Part shown: piece after piece, positions 37,781-49,900 of the stretch
Numbering within the stretch: the first letter of the stretch is position 1
How the letters are laid out: every line of letters begins with the position of its first letter
Assembly: GCA_002633005.1 (NCBI GenBank)
Contig: NMRA01000129.1
Location: forward strand, 434,628-498,627
Direction: 5' to 3'
Length of the DNA stretch: 64,000 bases
From: Phoronis australis
Taxonomy: Eukaryota > Animalia > Phoronida
Translations under genes and position numbers: made by a program
Notes under the pieces: model-generated
Told to the model about the DNA's origin: nothing
Databases searched by the model: none
What the model saw: only the letters and a program-made list of their open reading frames with translations

Positions 37781-39334
37781 ACTGAGACTAAAATTAATGC
37801 ATTTACCGACTGTTTTTTTGAGACCACTTAAAAACTTGTTGATTTTACTAATGCACTTTTTTGTTCATTTTCAGAAGATATTTTCGAAATTAAATTTTCT
37901 TCAGACGGAACAAAAAGCAACCCAGGGATTGTTTATGCAATGTATCTATTTGTCCCAGGCACTAACCGACATCTGTTAGGCCAAAGGAAAAACGCAGCAG
38001 ACAAATGGAACACGCTGGGTGCTTAACAGTTTCGGCCCACGCCTTGGTCATCAAAATATTGTTCACTTGTTTTTTTATTGCAAAACACAGTACTGAACTC
38101 AACATTTATGTTGAAAATTTTGGTTAAAGCATTTTGAATTTATTTGAAGAAAATTAAAATACTTGAATTGATAGAGAATGGCCACCAATAAAGTAAAACA
38201 TTGACTTTATTTCACTATATTGCATTTGTTACATACAACACAGCATGACATAATCAAAAATAAAAGAAGAGATTGAGCAATAAAATTCAAATGCAACTTG
38301 GGTATTTATTTATTTATTTATGAATGCAGAAGCCTGTTAAAGATGAGAAAAAATCAAACAATACAATTATGGGTAATTTATTAGAACAATTGTATCGAGG
38401 TTCAATGATCAACTTCCGCCTACCAAGTCTCAAAGGCTTACAGTTCTGTTTTGGCTGACAAGGTGTTAACAGAGAATGAAGAGAAACTGAAAAGAAAAAG
38501 AAGGACAGCAGAGATAAGTGATGTTAAGAACAACAAGAGCAAAAAGTCAAATAAAGAGGTCACAAATACAAAATAAGTAAGGTCTGCCTGGAATAAAACA
38601 ATTGTGATTTATTTTCCAGAACTGAAATTCTAAATCAATTTTAATCGATTTAAAAATCGATATCATACCAGTAAAACAGTTTGTGGTTGAAGTAGAGTTG
38701 CTGTAAACCACTTTCCACTATTTTCTTGGCCTTTTTCTGTGTGGTTTTCTGTCCTTTCAAAAGGCGGCAGCACATGACGACCATAGGTGTCATTATAAAA
38801 TGGCTGCCGAAAAGCAATGCACAGTTGAACAACTCGGCTTAAGTAAAAGAAAACGTTTGAATCAACGAATACTATATATTTGTGAGAGTTAAATCATGTC
38901 CTATTCAGATCATAACTTTGAAGTGGAATAATTGGGTGAGTAAGACAACAAGCCGGTTTTATGCTTAGGCGGACGACTATAGGGTTTCGGAGTGTACCTT
39001 CCTTGTTCAACTTCTGTTGGCCTCAGAAGAAAGCGCCACCTGGCTTCACTGTAGCCCCGTGAGTTTAGCGCCATCTATGGTTGGTGGCTTCTACTTGGGT
39101 TGAGTTGCTGTTTGTGAACTTGGAATCAAGTGCTGAACTAAACATTCACAAACTGGTTGCAATACATTTTAAATACAATTTCTATTAATTTCGGAAGACT
39201 TCTCAGTGATCGCATTCGGATTTTTTACCCAATCCCATGAGTTTATGCAAGCCCCGCCTTTGCTTAAACTTAATTGGAATACTAATTCAACTTCTTCTTT
39301 ACAAAAAATCGTGTGGGTGAACCAAACATTCTCT

Positions 39335-39570
39335 GAGGAGGCAGTGTGGCCTGGTTGATATGTGCCCGCTTTCTTTGCTCGAGGTCGTGGGTTCAAGTCC
39401 CACCAGGTCACACTGCTTAACCCTTGAGCCAGGTTTCTAGCTCCTCAGCTCGGTTTTAACCATATATCAGTAAAGCATAAAAATATTTCCAGGTGATCAG
39501 TGCAATGGGCCGCCACATGCGAGGCCTGCGCACGTCTGGTACAACGTGTATCAGACCGTCTGCAATTATT
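39335..39570 (+). mobile_element. tRNA-derived SINE (intergenic copy)
   Basis: GAGGAGGCAGTGTGGCCTGGTT...GGTCGTGGGTTCAAGTCCCACCAGGTCAC head with Pol III A/B boxes; matches 13654-13886 in reverse orientation. Confidence 0.85.
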
Positions 39571-40198
39571 AAATGCGTTTTCTATTACTTTTTGCCGTCG
39601 CTCTCAAAAATACCTTTATACAAGTATTTCTGTGATTTCATCTCCTCGGACGACCACACCACTTCCCTCGTTCCACTCAGTTTCCAAAAGTCCTTTAACT
39701 GTTTATGGTTGCGTTTTTCTGATTGCGGGAACTCAGTGTTTTGCCAGTCTGTCCCTCCAAGCCTAGCTGTTGCTTCTGTTGACTATTTAGACGTCACTTT
39801 ACTTGCTCATCATTTTTTTCTGTAATCAGTTCTGTAGGAAACCTTTTCCTCAGGAAAAAAGTGTTCTGACCTTTTACTACTCATTTTACTGATGACAGAG
39901 CCACCAGCAAAATACGTCTGCACTGATTCTACCTACAACTGTGTGCTGTCATTGAAACCCACGTGATCACAGTTCCATTGAAGCACTTCAATAGTTTCTT
40001 TATTAACACTAAATCAATTTCTCATCAACCACATTTTTTCCACTTCTAACGGGAAAAACCGCGTGACACTAGTACTACGTGCTCAGTTGGCACAACATAG
40101 AACTTCGGCTACACGTTAAATGCCAAGTACGCGAACGTGAGAGATCGGTATTCCTTGTTTACTGCGTCACAATATTGACATATCATGACGGCGACATC

Positions 40199-40731
40199 CC
40201 GTTGCTCCCAACTTGTTCGATTCTAGAGCCCAACAACAAGTTGGGAAGTTTACCCCCGTAGTCAATATCTTACACAACTGATTAGCTCCATTCTGGCATT
40301 TATGGCTGGAGGGCCTGCGCTATTTTGTTCGATAATTGCTCTAATCTCCGACCAGATCAGATCTAGCCTGACTGGGCTGGGCTGATAAAAATGAAAGTTA
40401 AGTAATAACATATGTGAGCTTAAACCAATAGCATTTCTGAATTCCTCGTCAAATGCTGATCATGTTAAGTTTTTGAATCACCAAAATCGCCCAACTACAA
40501 CAGAATTTAAGACAATCTATTCTGTCCAAACGGATTACCAACGCACTGCACGGTTTGACTGTGTTCTGAATACGCGTTCGGTAATGGTGTGCAACCACCA
40601 TACGTTTCTAGCTTTGAAGCCTGGGAGATAATTGGCCTGCTTGTTATCATATGGGACAAAAGACAGAGCTGAGCCAGATGTTATCGAACGTTCAGCACCC
40701 CTCACGTCTGGAAAAGTTACTGAACGACAGA
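40199..40731 (+). repeat. ~530-bp interspersed repeat, copy 2
   Basis: Direct homolog of 26166-26700. Confidence 0.85.
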
Positions 40732-41574
40732 AAGCTATAATGTATTTTCGCGTCCAGTCTTGTCACGCTGGGACAGCAATAGCGTGGATTTCGCGTAAGT
40801 GCACAAGGTGAGTTTTAATTGTGGATTTGTCGTGAAAGTTCGTCAAATTTATGCAACGTTTAAGTGTTTAGAAATTTTAGCCATATTGAAGATGGTGTAG
40901 CTTAGTACACTTGCGTCTTGCTAAGTTGAATGAAAAATGACCTTCGTTTTGAGGTCCTCGTAGCGTTGCTGATTTTTTTCAGAAGAGCCGCAGAAATCAG
41001 GTGGTAATGGGTGACAAATAAAATGTTTCGTGGTGAACCAACGGATATTATTTTAGAAATTTCAATTATCCTGAAGGCAAAACACAGTACATGTTCTTAG
41101 CTATCATAAAACCAGTGTGCATGAAAAGATTCGGAAACACAGAGAAAGGCTTACCGACATGAAACTTTGATTTGCTCGTTTGTCATCGACGTCAGTTTCA
41201 TTAGAATGCTTAAGTTGAATGTTTTTCGCGTTTTATCATCCATATCTAACATGAGCAAGTCATCTTCCAAGTGTGCCAAATCCAAAAGATAATAAATTCA
41301 TTTTCTTGTTGACTGCAGCGCCACCACTTAACTGGGGGTACGCCGAAGGATTTTTAAACGAGTACCCTTCTCTGCATAGAAATGTGCTTAATCTACGGGT
41401 ACTTTTGCCTAATCTTCGCGTACTTTACTATTTCATACAGTCCAATCACGCTAGTGCTCTCAAATTATTATGAGCAGAAAGATGATCGTTTAAGAACTAA
41501 AAGTACGCGTAGATTTAACAAAAGTTCGTGTAATTAAAAGTACGTGTGGAATACACAATAGCACGCGTAAATTA

Positions 41575-42740
41575 AACAAGAGCAACGCAGAGCGTTGAAA
41601 TGCGCCCACAATTGCACCGTATACGGTATCCTTCTAGGGTTGTTTATTGGTACCATAAAGTGGCCAGTAGAGGGCATATATGTAGTATGTTGTACTTTGC
41701 AAAATGGAAAGGCATGGTCATTGTCTCCTCAATAGGCTAGGGGCAAAATGTGAGTGATCTTCATAATACAAGCACATCCTATACATCAGTTGCTTAAAGC
41801 ACCACAGAAACATAGAATTAAAAACAAATTTACCAACATACGAGATTAGCACAGCATTAGAATGCCAGAAACAAATTTCTACTTGGAACTTTTCCTTCAT
41901 AGTCACGAAGTAACACAAAGTATACACCTGAAGACCTATGAAAATACAGAGGTCANNNNNNNNNNNNNNNNNNNNNNNNNNNNNNNNNNNNNNNNNNNNN
42001 NNNNNNNNNNNNNNNNNNNNNNNNNNNNNNNNNNNNNNNNNNNNNNNNNNNNNNNNNNNNNNNNNNNNNNNNNNNNNNNNNNNNNNNNNNNNNNNNNNNN
42101 NNNNNNNNNNNNNNNNNNNNNNNNNNNNNNNNNNNNNNNNNNNNNNNNNNNNNNNNNNNNNNNNNNNNNNNNNNNNNNNNNNNNNNNNNNNNNNNNNNNN
42201 NNNNNNNNNNNNNNNNNNNNNNNNNNNNNNNNNNNNNNNNNNNNNNNNNNNNNNNNNNNNNNNNNNNNNNNNNNNNNNNNNNNNNNNNNNNNNNNNNNNN
42301 NNNNNNNNNNNNNNNNNNNNNNNNNNNNNNNNNNNNNNNNNNNNNNNNNNNNNNNNNNNNNNNNNNNNNNNNNNNNNNNNNNNNNNNNNNNNNNNNNNNN
42401 NNNNNNNNNNNNNNNNNNGAAAACGGCAGGATAGCGTCATCTCACTAATAGGTGCCTACATACCAAATTTCATGAAAATCCGTTCAGGACTTTTGAAGAT
42501 ACAAAGGTAAGCGTAAAAAACTAAAATTGCCACTAGGGGGCACACCGGTAGTCGGATCCGTCCGAAAGTTCGCACATGCCGTCCCATTCATGAATGGAAC
42601 ATATGTGCCAAATTTCATGAACGTATGTCAAAGGGTTTTGGAGATAGAGCAGCGGACGCCGGACGCCGCCCGGACGGACGGACGGACGGACGGAGATGAC
42701 GGCATAATGCGTCCACATATAAATATGTGGGCACATAATA
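41575..42740. mobile_element. Helentron-associated (HINE/DINE-1-like) non-autonomous element spanning the assembly gap
   Basis: Starts AACAAGAG, has internal repeats with CCAAATTTCATGAA, a (GGAC)n microsatellite at 42671-42692 and a subterminal hairpin CCACATAT-AA-ATATGTGG, and ends in an A-rich site with no TSD. This matches the architecture of invertebrate HINEs. Confidence 0.6.
41956..42418. other. Assembly gap (463 N)
   Basis: Run of N characters. Confidence 0.99.
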
Positions 42741-43222
42741 AAATCACACGTAGATTCCGCAAAAGTACACGTATATTAATATGAAGCGCCAAAGGGTTCC
42801 TAAAAGATTACATTTTACGCGTTGAAATGTGCTTAACCTACACGTATTTTTTTTAATCTACATGTATCTTTGCTTAATCTATGCGTACATTTCCTTTACC
42901 AACGCCTAAGTTTAATCTACGCGTTGATTAAGCACATTTCAACGCCAAGAAATGTACTCGCTCAAGAACTCTTTGGGGCTTCATACTTTTGCTTAATCAA
43001 CGCGTAGTTCTACTTAATCAACGCGCAGTTTTGCTTATTCAACGCGTACTTTTAGTTCTTAATCGATCATAGTTCTGCTCTTATCCAACACGCAGTTTTG
43101 CTTAATCAACGCGTAGTTTTACTTTAACGCGCAGAGTTAATTATTCATTATGTCCAATCAAAGATAAGTTAACAATCCATCAGTGCGTAACGGCGCCATC
43201 ATTTACGTTGTCACTTGATAAG

Positions 43223-43359
43223 CATAAGCGGCGCACCTTAGGGGGCTGGGGGCTATAGATCCCCATTTTTTGAATGCTATGCCGCACATGGTCTATATGG
43301 AGGGGGGGGGGCTCAGGGGGCCTTAGTCCCCCACTTTTTTCAGTGCTGCGCCGCCCATG
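43223..43359. mobile_element. Small MITE with 5-bp TSD ATAAG
   Basis: ATAAG/CATAAGCGGCGCAC ... GCTGCGCCGCCCATG/ATAAG, with internal G-run/C-run motifs. Confidence 0.65.
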
Positions 43360-43988
43360 ATAAGACTCTGCAACATTCTTTGAAACTTGCCTTGTACCCA
43401 TGTTGAAAGTCTTCCTCTATTTTGAGATTTGGGAACACAGGCATGATTGGCCTGCTAAAAATTACGCGATGAGTAAAACTACGCGTTGACTAAGCAAAAC
43501 TACGCGCTGAATAATGAACACATATACATGTATAACAGTATACGACGCCTATCATCTTTCAGAATGATCCTTTCGTCTATCCTTCATTTCTCTATTACTT
43601 CCCTTCTACACCCATGATCAGGCAACCGTATACTTTCCCGTCATAGTATAATGTACAGAAAGTGCCCGTAACTCTGTTCTCCGGTCCCTATATCCCCTGT
43701 CCCAGTTGTCCAACCGATGTTTCCTCGTCCCGATGTTCCCCGGAACCTAGGTTCCTCAATACGGTCCTGTAGTGAATGACAGCTATTCTAGAACCAAGAT
43801 CCATTTTGTGACATAGGGAGGTAGTCTTTTAGCTGAATAATTAACATTAAAGTTCACGAAAGTACACATTGTAGAATAGTAGGTCGCAGAAATAGTTCGG
43901 GGTGAAATCACTCACAACAGGGTTAGGTATACTTTTAAGCCACCAAGCACTATCTGTAATGAGCCGCACACAAAAAAGTCAGTTGCAA

Positions 43989-46900
43989 TCATTCACATAT
44001 TTCTGGCTCTTGTTCTTCAGCGACATCATACTTCAACAAATTATAACAATTCGTGTATGTATCCTCCGTAGGAATGTTGTCAAAATCGATGTAATTGCTT
44101 CCGATTGACATTAGACGCTCCAATGACAGACGAATGTTGTTAAAAGAAGGTCGGTCCTCTGCGTTTTCCAGCCAACATCGCTGCATAATGTTATAACTAA
44201 AATTCAATCAAATAAAAATGTATATACCAACACTTTGTACTGTACGTTACCAACGTACCGACAACGGAGCCTATTCCGTTTTGTAAAAATCTCACGCAGC
44301 AATCAGTGCACTCTTTGATAAAGGTTTTCTTGCAAATAAGTTCTTTTTTCGCATTTCAAACACAATTTTCTTACTACGGAGAGCAGTTTCGAATATACAA
44401 AGCACTTATTGACCTTTGTCAATTCCTCAAACCAATAGTACAATGACAGCTCATACAGGAAAGCTCAATGTGATAGAAGCAATTGATTTGAATGTCTTCA
44501 CCCACGAACCCCATTTCCCTTCCTCAACACATCGATTCAGCCTGAAGATTTTTTTTTGCTGTAATTTGCGAACAGTCGCACGTTTCGGGGTAAGATTCTG
44601 CCTGCAAAACGTCATTACACCGGTGGCAATTTCCTCAACGTGCAAGGAAAAGCCTTCGTGCTGATTTTGCGGAGGAAAGAGCCAAATGTTTTGGTAGTGA
44701 TTGACAGTTATTTGAAATGAATCGAAGTATTTCATATGTGGAGCACCCCAGCTATCAAAACTACTGAAGTTTTATGTAGACTATTTGCACTTTCTGGCCT
44801 ACCAGAAGTAATTTTATAGGAAAATGGGTAACAATTCGTGGCGCACGAGTTTGCAGAATTCTCTAAGAAAAACGGCCGCCATACCATCCATCGACGAACA
44901 GTGCAGTCGTGAAAATTGTTCAGACTTTAAAGAGGTCGTTGGTCAAGAGTTTGTTTAATGCTTACAATGGAGATTCGCCATTGGTGCTACAGCACCGATT
45001 GTCGAACTTACTGATGTAGTATGGTATGGCACCACACTTCACTACGGGTGTTTTGCCAACTGAACAGTTTCGTAAACGACAGTTCTGCTCGAATTTTGCT
45101 TTGCTCAAACCGGAACTTCCACACACCGTTAAGCAGAAGCAGGAGCAGCAGAAATGTCAACACGATCATGCCCGTGTCCGCAAACCTTATTTCGAAACTG
45201 GCCAGGTCGTACAAATGAAAATTCCTCGTGGGGGGGAGAAAAGGTGGATTCGAGGTGTTGAAGTGAAGTGAAGTCGTTGGGACCTCTGACGAACCACTTG
45301 AAGACTCTAATGTGATTCTGAATGACTTCGAGAGTGCATCGCGTTTCATGACAGAACCAGCAGATACTCATGAAGAGATTACGTCTAGAGACCTAACCGT
45401 CCCGCGAGCTTCAAATAACTTCAAAAGGAAAACCACGTCGTTTGGCCCGTATTTAAAAAAAGCCAGAGCGATTGGACCCTTAAGACTCGTCTTCAGTTTA
45501 GAATACGACCCCTATCGAAAGCTGTTTAGTACGGCGAATGTTACAGGTGAAACTTCATGTCGACTCTTCTGTCCAACCAGTGGCCCATCGACACCGTCGC
45601 ATTCCGTTCCACACACGCAAACAGCTAAAGGAACAGATCAAATGGGATGAAGAGTTTGAAGATGTAAAGAAAGAGGAAGACCCTTACATGTGAGCTTACT
45701 GCTTGCCACCGTACGGGAAGCGCTCTGAGGAGCGAAATCAAATGAATGTACGCGAATAGCTCCCTGAGTAGCGTAATCAAAGAAAAACTTTGAAGTGAGT
45801 CTGTCAACGAAATCAGGAACAGTAACAAATCCATAGCACCAATATCAAAATAACTAACTCATTGGCATTGAGAATCGGTCAATAGAGGCCCTAATCAGTA
45901 ATTTCCGAATAATTTGAGAACGGCATGTCCTAGCCAAAGCTAACTCATTTCAGAGGAGACTTTGATGAGACCTATCTACAGGTATAAACCAAATTTTATA
46001 AAATTCTCTCAAACGATTGCAAAACCCGAACTCTGCCAGCAATTGTTCAAAAAAGGCTATCACAGCAAAACCATGAGTCTGACTCGCTTGCACCCCAAAA
46101 TGACTGACTTCACGCTAACTGTCACAGGTGTGAATGTCTCATGGACGTGACCTTATTTCCATAACTACCTTGTCAGTTTCGTATCATTTATCATGTCTCG
46201 GTAGGAGTCATATCATTACAATGTCATTCATCAATTCTTGATGGTATATGATTATACCAAAAGCAAGCGGTACATGAATAATTATCATTTCGCATACCTT
46301 ACAGGTTTAAAAAATATTTTTTTAATTTTAAAAACCAAGAGTTTTACCAAAATGCGACAAATAAGAGGGTATATTTGATAGGCATATACGCTTACACCTG
46401 CGTGCTGAAATTGAAATGAATTCTTTGAAAAGTGTAGGAGAAATAAAATTTTGAAAATTAGATGATTTTTGCACTAATTGACCCTTTCCGGTTCATTATA
46501 AGCACTTTCTGTAGAATTATTGCAAATTCCGTGAAAAGTGTGTCTAATGCTAAGAATCACAGTTTTCTAACTGTTGACACAAAATTTTTAGAAGAAACGT
46601 GCACCTAATGACCCCATGGCTGCACCAAACGACCTGAAACTGTTGAATTGGAATTCAGTAATATGCACCAATCAGATTTGTGAATTTGAAATGTCTAATT
46701 TTAAATCTTAGTTTGCACTCAATGAGCCTATTTAATCTGATTGGATGACTCAATTTCTTAGAAAAATAATGGATTTGTTTGGCATGTACACTTAACCTGT
46801 ACACTGAAATTGAAAAGAATCCCTTAAAAAATTGTAAGAGAAATAACATTTTGATAACTAGATGACGTTTGCACCTATTGACCATTTCCGGTGCATTATG

Positions 46901-49900
46901 AGTCAAAATTATGATATTTTATAGAATTTGTGTATGGCTAAAACGTACTTGGAAAGTTTCAACGTTGAATGCTGAGTCGTTTGAGAGTTATTAAGCTCTA
47001 GAAAAGGTCGAAGTAAAAAGATAAAAACCCGGGAAGAACAAGATTCTGCGCTGTTACTGGCAGAGTAACAATTCAACGTACTTACAGTTCAATGCTGCAA
47101 CTGTCAGGCTTGTCCATCCTAGAGCCACTCGAAAGAAAAGAATGAAGTGAAGCATCACCAAGGGTGGGATACGGCGAGGCACCTATAAGCAAAATTGAGG
47201 AAAGAACGTCACATTCTGAACTAAGCTATAAACCACTGAAAGGAATTTCTAGATTTTGTGCAGTTTCTGTACTCATCCTTGAAACAGGAGGCATTTTATC
47301 ATAGAAACAAAAATAAATTCGCACATTCTATATTTATGGTCACACGTTCCAAATTTTTTCTTAACAACATTTTATTTTCTTATATACGGAAACTCATTGA
47401 CATATCGATGACAGTGAGAACTCCCGAGGAGACGAGGAAGATTGCAGAGCCATGAATTTGAGTGTAGTGATACCCTAGCGGGAAACTTATTTTTTTGACG
47501 AGGATGAGCCCTAGAGCTGTCATCAGCTTTGACGGGACCAACTGAGACGAGCACATAAGAGCTCGTTGTGCTGCTTGTATGCATTCAGAAGGGTTGTAAA
47601 ACCAAGCCAATGTATCGTTTAACGCACACAATGCGAACTACATTGTACTTATTTCATCAGCGACGCTAAGCTCTAATTACCCATAGCCGCAATCTCCCAG
47701 AGAAGGACTCCGAAACTCCAGACATCGCTTCGAACGGTAAAGACGCGACTCTTAATGCTCTCGATTGCCATCCACTTCAAAGGTAACAGTTCTGTTGTCA
47801 AGTTGCGGTATTCCCCGTCGGCATAAACGTCCCGTGCCAAGCCAAAGTCACAAACTTTAACTGTCATGTCCTCCCCGACTAGCACATTTCTAGCAGCCAG
47901 ATCTCGATGAACATAATTCTTTTCGCCAAGGTACTCCTATAAGATTAATAACAACGCATGTATTACTGGTTGAGTTAACGTTACTGTTTTTAACAACATA
48001 AATTTGTTGGAACGATACAAAATCATGCATGAATTTCGTTTGATATAAATATGTGTACAACGGCTGTTCCAGCAAAATCCATATGGAAGGATAGAGCGGG
48101 CAATTTTTGTTCTTCCAGCTATCTATTTCAGTACCAAGCTTGCCGCCCATAATTTTGAAATGGAACCACGTAAAAAAATCAAAATTCTTGACGATTTCAA
48201 TAACTTCTGTCACTAAATTTACATAAGTTCGACCGATCCTGCGATTCAAATTTGGAGCTTGCCGATCCACAAAAACAGCTAACCCTCATCCTGCGCGCTG
48301 TCGCTGCAGACCATGCTGTGACAATAAATAAACCTACTTTCTGCGTCGTCTGGGCTGAGTTGCATAAACCTTCAAAAGTTATCCGCTGGATAAATTTGAT
48401 TGTTGTAAGACGTCACGTGCATTGTTCAACAACAACAACGTGACGCGTGATAATGCGACGTCATTGTTGCTATACGGTGTCTTAGCGATAACTTTGATAT
48501 CGTTGTCTAGTCCGTAAGGTAAGCGAAGTTTCAGCGAATCTTCGGTAAACTTAAGTTCCCCTAACGGGAAAGCACCATTAAAAGAAGGCGCGGGTTTATT
48601 AGCCATTTATATATATTTCAATAATGAAATACGATGTAGTTTAAATATGTTTAGGAGACACGGATAGGGCCTACTCAACTAATCTCATCGTTATTTTCAT
48701 AAAGTTTTCATTCATATACAGAGATATTTAGATCGTTAAGATAATGATTCTAGAAGGGTCATTTTAATCACAAACCATGTCAGCCTGTTGTGTGTCAACA
48801 CGGTAAAGTGGACAGGCTGGACTCACACATAAGAGGCTGGCCATAACAGAAAATCATTTGGTGTTTCTGCTATTCAGATTTTAAACATTATAGATTATTT
48901 AGAGTTATCCGTTGGGAAATTGATGATAGTGCAGATCCTTTTGGGTGATGCATGGAAGTTTTCTTTTGGTGTACATGTACTCTGTTGCACGGAATAGGAG
49001 ATTAAATCCAGTGAGATAATTTTTTGGATCAATATCACCGACATTTTATTTTCTACAAGAACAAAGCCACCCCCAATTTATTTGAAGTGCCTCCCCCTTC
49101 CACATAACTGGAACAGCCTTTAAAGATGTATTTGCATGCTTTAACTACATTTATTCTAATGTATAGCAGGAACTAAACGACAATGCTATTTGAACATCGC
49201 CTATGCTAAACAAAGTGCAGCTGTGTTCACTTACAACTTGTAAATGTGAAAACAAAAAATTCTGCAAATAGATGACTTTTGCATTAATGACGTACCTTGG
49301 GGGCTCACAAAGCCCGCATCATGCATTGTTATTCCCAACACCACGTCAATACTGGACACGATTGAGTGATTTACTGCGGATCATTTTCGACACAAAAATC
49401 GTTATTAAAAACATTTGACAATTTTCAAACTACTTCACATTCACATCGTCATCATGTTACGATCAAGCAATCACAGAGCCAAGGAATTAGCGTGTAAGTT
49501 CCACTTTAGTGTTTTATAATAACCGTTATCTACCAGGGTTGTTTCGAGGGCAAATAGACGATAGTTTCGTAAAATTCCCTATTCTTGACAGAACTTTATA
49601 CACATGTAAAACATTTTATTCCTGAAAGCGCTCCGAAAACCAGCATACCACATATTGCGATTTCAGATAAGTTTGTCATCACCCCTCATGTACGCAAAAT
49701 TGATTAAACACGCGGCAGTGTTGTCTGTTTACAGTTTTAATAGACACCCTCGAATTAGCCAATATTTTTCATATTGTATTTGAAATATCTCAATGTGTTT
49801 CCCGTATAGTTGTTCTTTGGCATGACCGTAGCCAGCTATTGACAACAGGGAAGTGTGTCCCCGGGTTGCCTGCCGTTAACGTCACATAGTCACAGATCCT

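Larger units (their letters stand above)
41340..43135. mobile_element. Nested non-autonomous DNA elements built of ACGCGTAGATT-like subrepeats, with inverted arms
   Basis: 41473-41510 GAGCAGAAAGATGATCGTTTAAGAACTAAAAGTACGCGT is inverted at 43041-43081. An inner TIR unit runs TATGAAGCGCCAAAG (42780) ... CTTTGGGGCTTCATA (42985). Confidence 0.6.

Noticed and set aside
39335-39410. tRNA-like sequence with A and B boxes
   Set aside because: No proper acceptor stem or cloverleaf, and it continues into a shared ~160-bp body; it is a SINE head, not a tRNA gene.
41718-42510. Long ORFs in the supplied track
   Set aside because: Artefacts of the N gap.
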